NCBI RefSeq assembly: GCF_000022265.1 | Contig: NC_011979.1 | Location: 1,080,001-1,112,000 of the forward strand | Origin: Geotalea daltonii FRC-32 | GTDB taxonomy: Bacteria; Desulfobacterota; Desulfuromonadia; Geobacterales; Geobacteraceae | DNA: 32,000 nucleotides | Direction of reading: 5' to 3' | Part shown: in pieces, positions 31,843-32,000 of the stretch | How the letters are laid out: each line of letters opens with the position of its first letter | How positions within the stretch are numbered: the stretch's first letter is position 1 | Translations under genes and position numbers: made by a program | Notes under the pieces: generated by a model | What the model saw: the letters and a program-made list of their open reading frames with translations, nothing else | Told to the model about the DNA's origin: nothing | Databases searched by the model: none

Positions 31843-32000
31843 TGCTCTAATTTTGAGCGCTACGCAATCTCTTCAGTAAAGCCGTGCAGGGATGCCGGGT
31901 GTCTTGACATTAAGACCACCTTCTGCTAGCCTCCCGGTGGTGTCTGCCCGCTTGCCGGTTGCGGCAGGGCGAACCATCCACTGACAAGGAGCACTTATGG

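Overview
The window has two contrasting parts. (A) Positions 1-10050 are an integron. An IntI-type tyrosine recombinase sits at the right end (9100-10050, +), preceded by an extra SAM-like-domain ORF in another frame. Left of it is a divergent minus-strand array of at least 11 gene cassettes, separated by ten recognisable attC sites (RYYYAAC...GTTRRRY imperfect palindromes). The array runs off the left edge of the window and is visibly more AT-rich than the rest. One attC (2451-2500 / ~4404-4410) is split by a group II intron (about 2501-4403, RT/maturase 2985-4325) lying antisense to the cassettes, the arrangement described for class C-attC introns. Most cassettes encode small membrane proteins, lipoproteins or hypothetical proteins. 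The most unusual part is the intI-proximal unit: a 119-aa ORF, then a block of four ~18-bp AT-rich palindrome-like repeats, then a 424-aa SEC-C-motif protein, with no canonical attC between them. (B) Positions 10051-32000 are GC-richer core chromosome that looks like Geobacter/Desulfuromonadales. In order it carries an orphan MerA-like flavoprotein, transketolase, a Crp/Fnr regulator, a DUF523 protein, a GAF histidine kinase plus a CheY-like receiver, and a glycogen-type operon. That operon comprises a nucleotidyltransferase fused to a degenerate PGM-like domain, GH57, a GalT-type transferase, GlgA and a 50-aa acidic ORF. It is followed by a TIGR00300/LOR-SDH-like protein plus arginase, an ImcH-like 7-heme inner-membrane cytochrome, and a divergent tetraheme cytochrome / 4Fe-4S / NrfD-like membrane module. 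From memory, the glycogen-to-imcH order resembles G. sulfurreducens GSU3254-GSU3259; I could not check this. Two operon-internal spacers carry unusual hairpins built from 4+4 tandem heptamers. Many long ORFs in the supplied track are antisense shadows in GC-rich DNA and were rejected.
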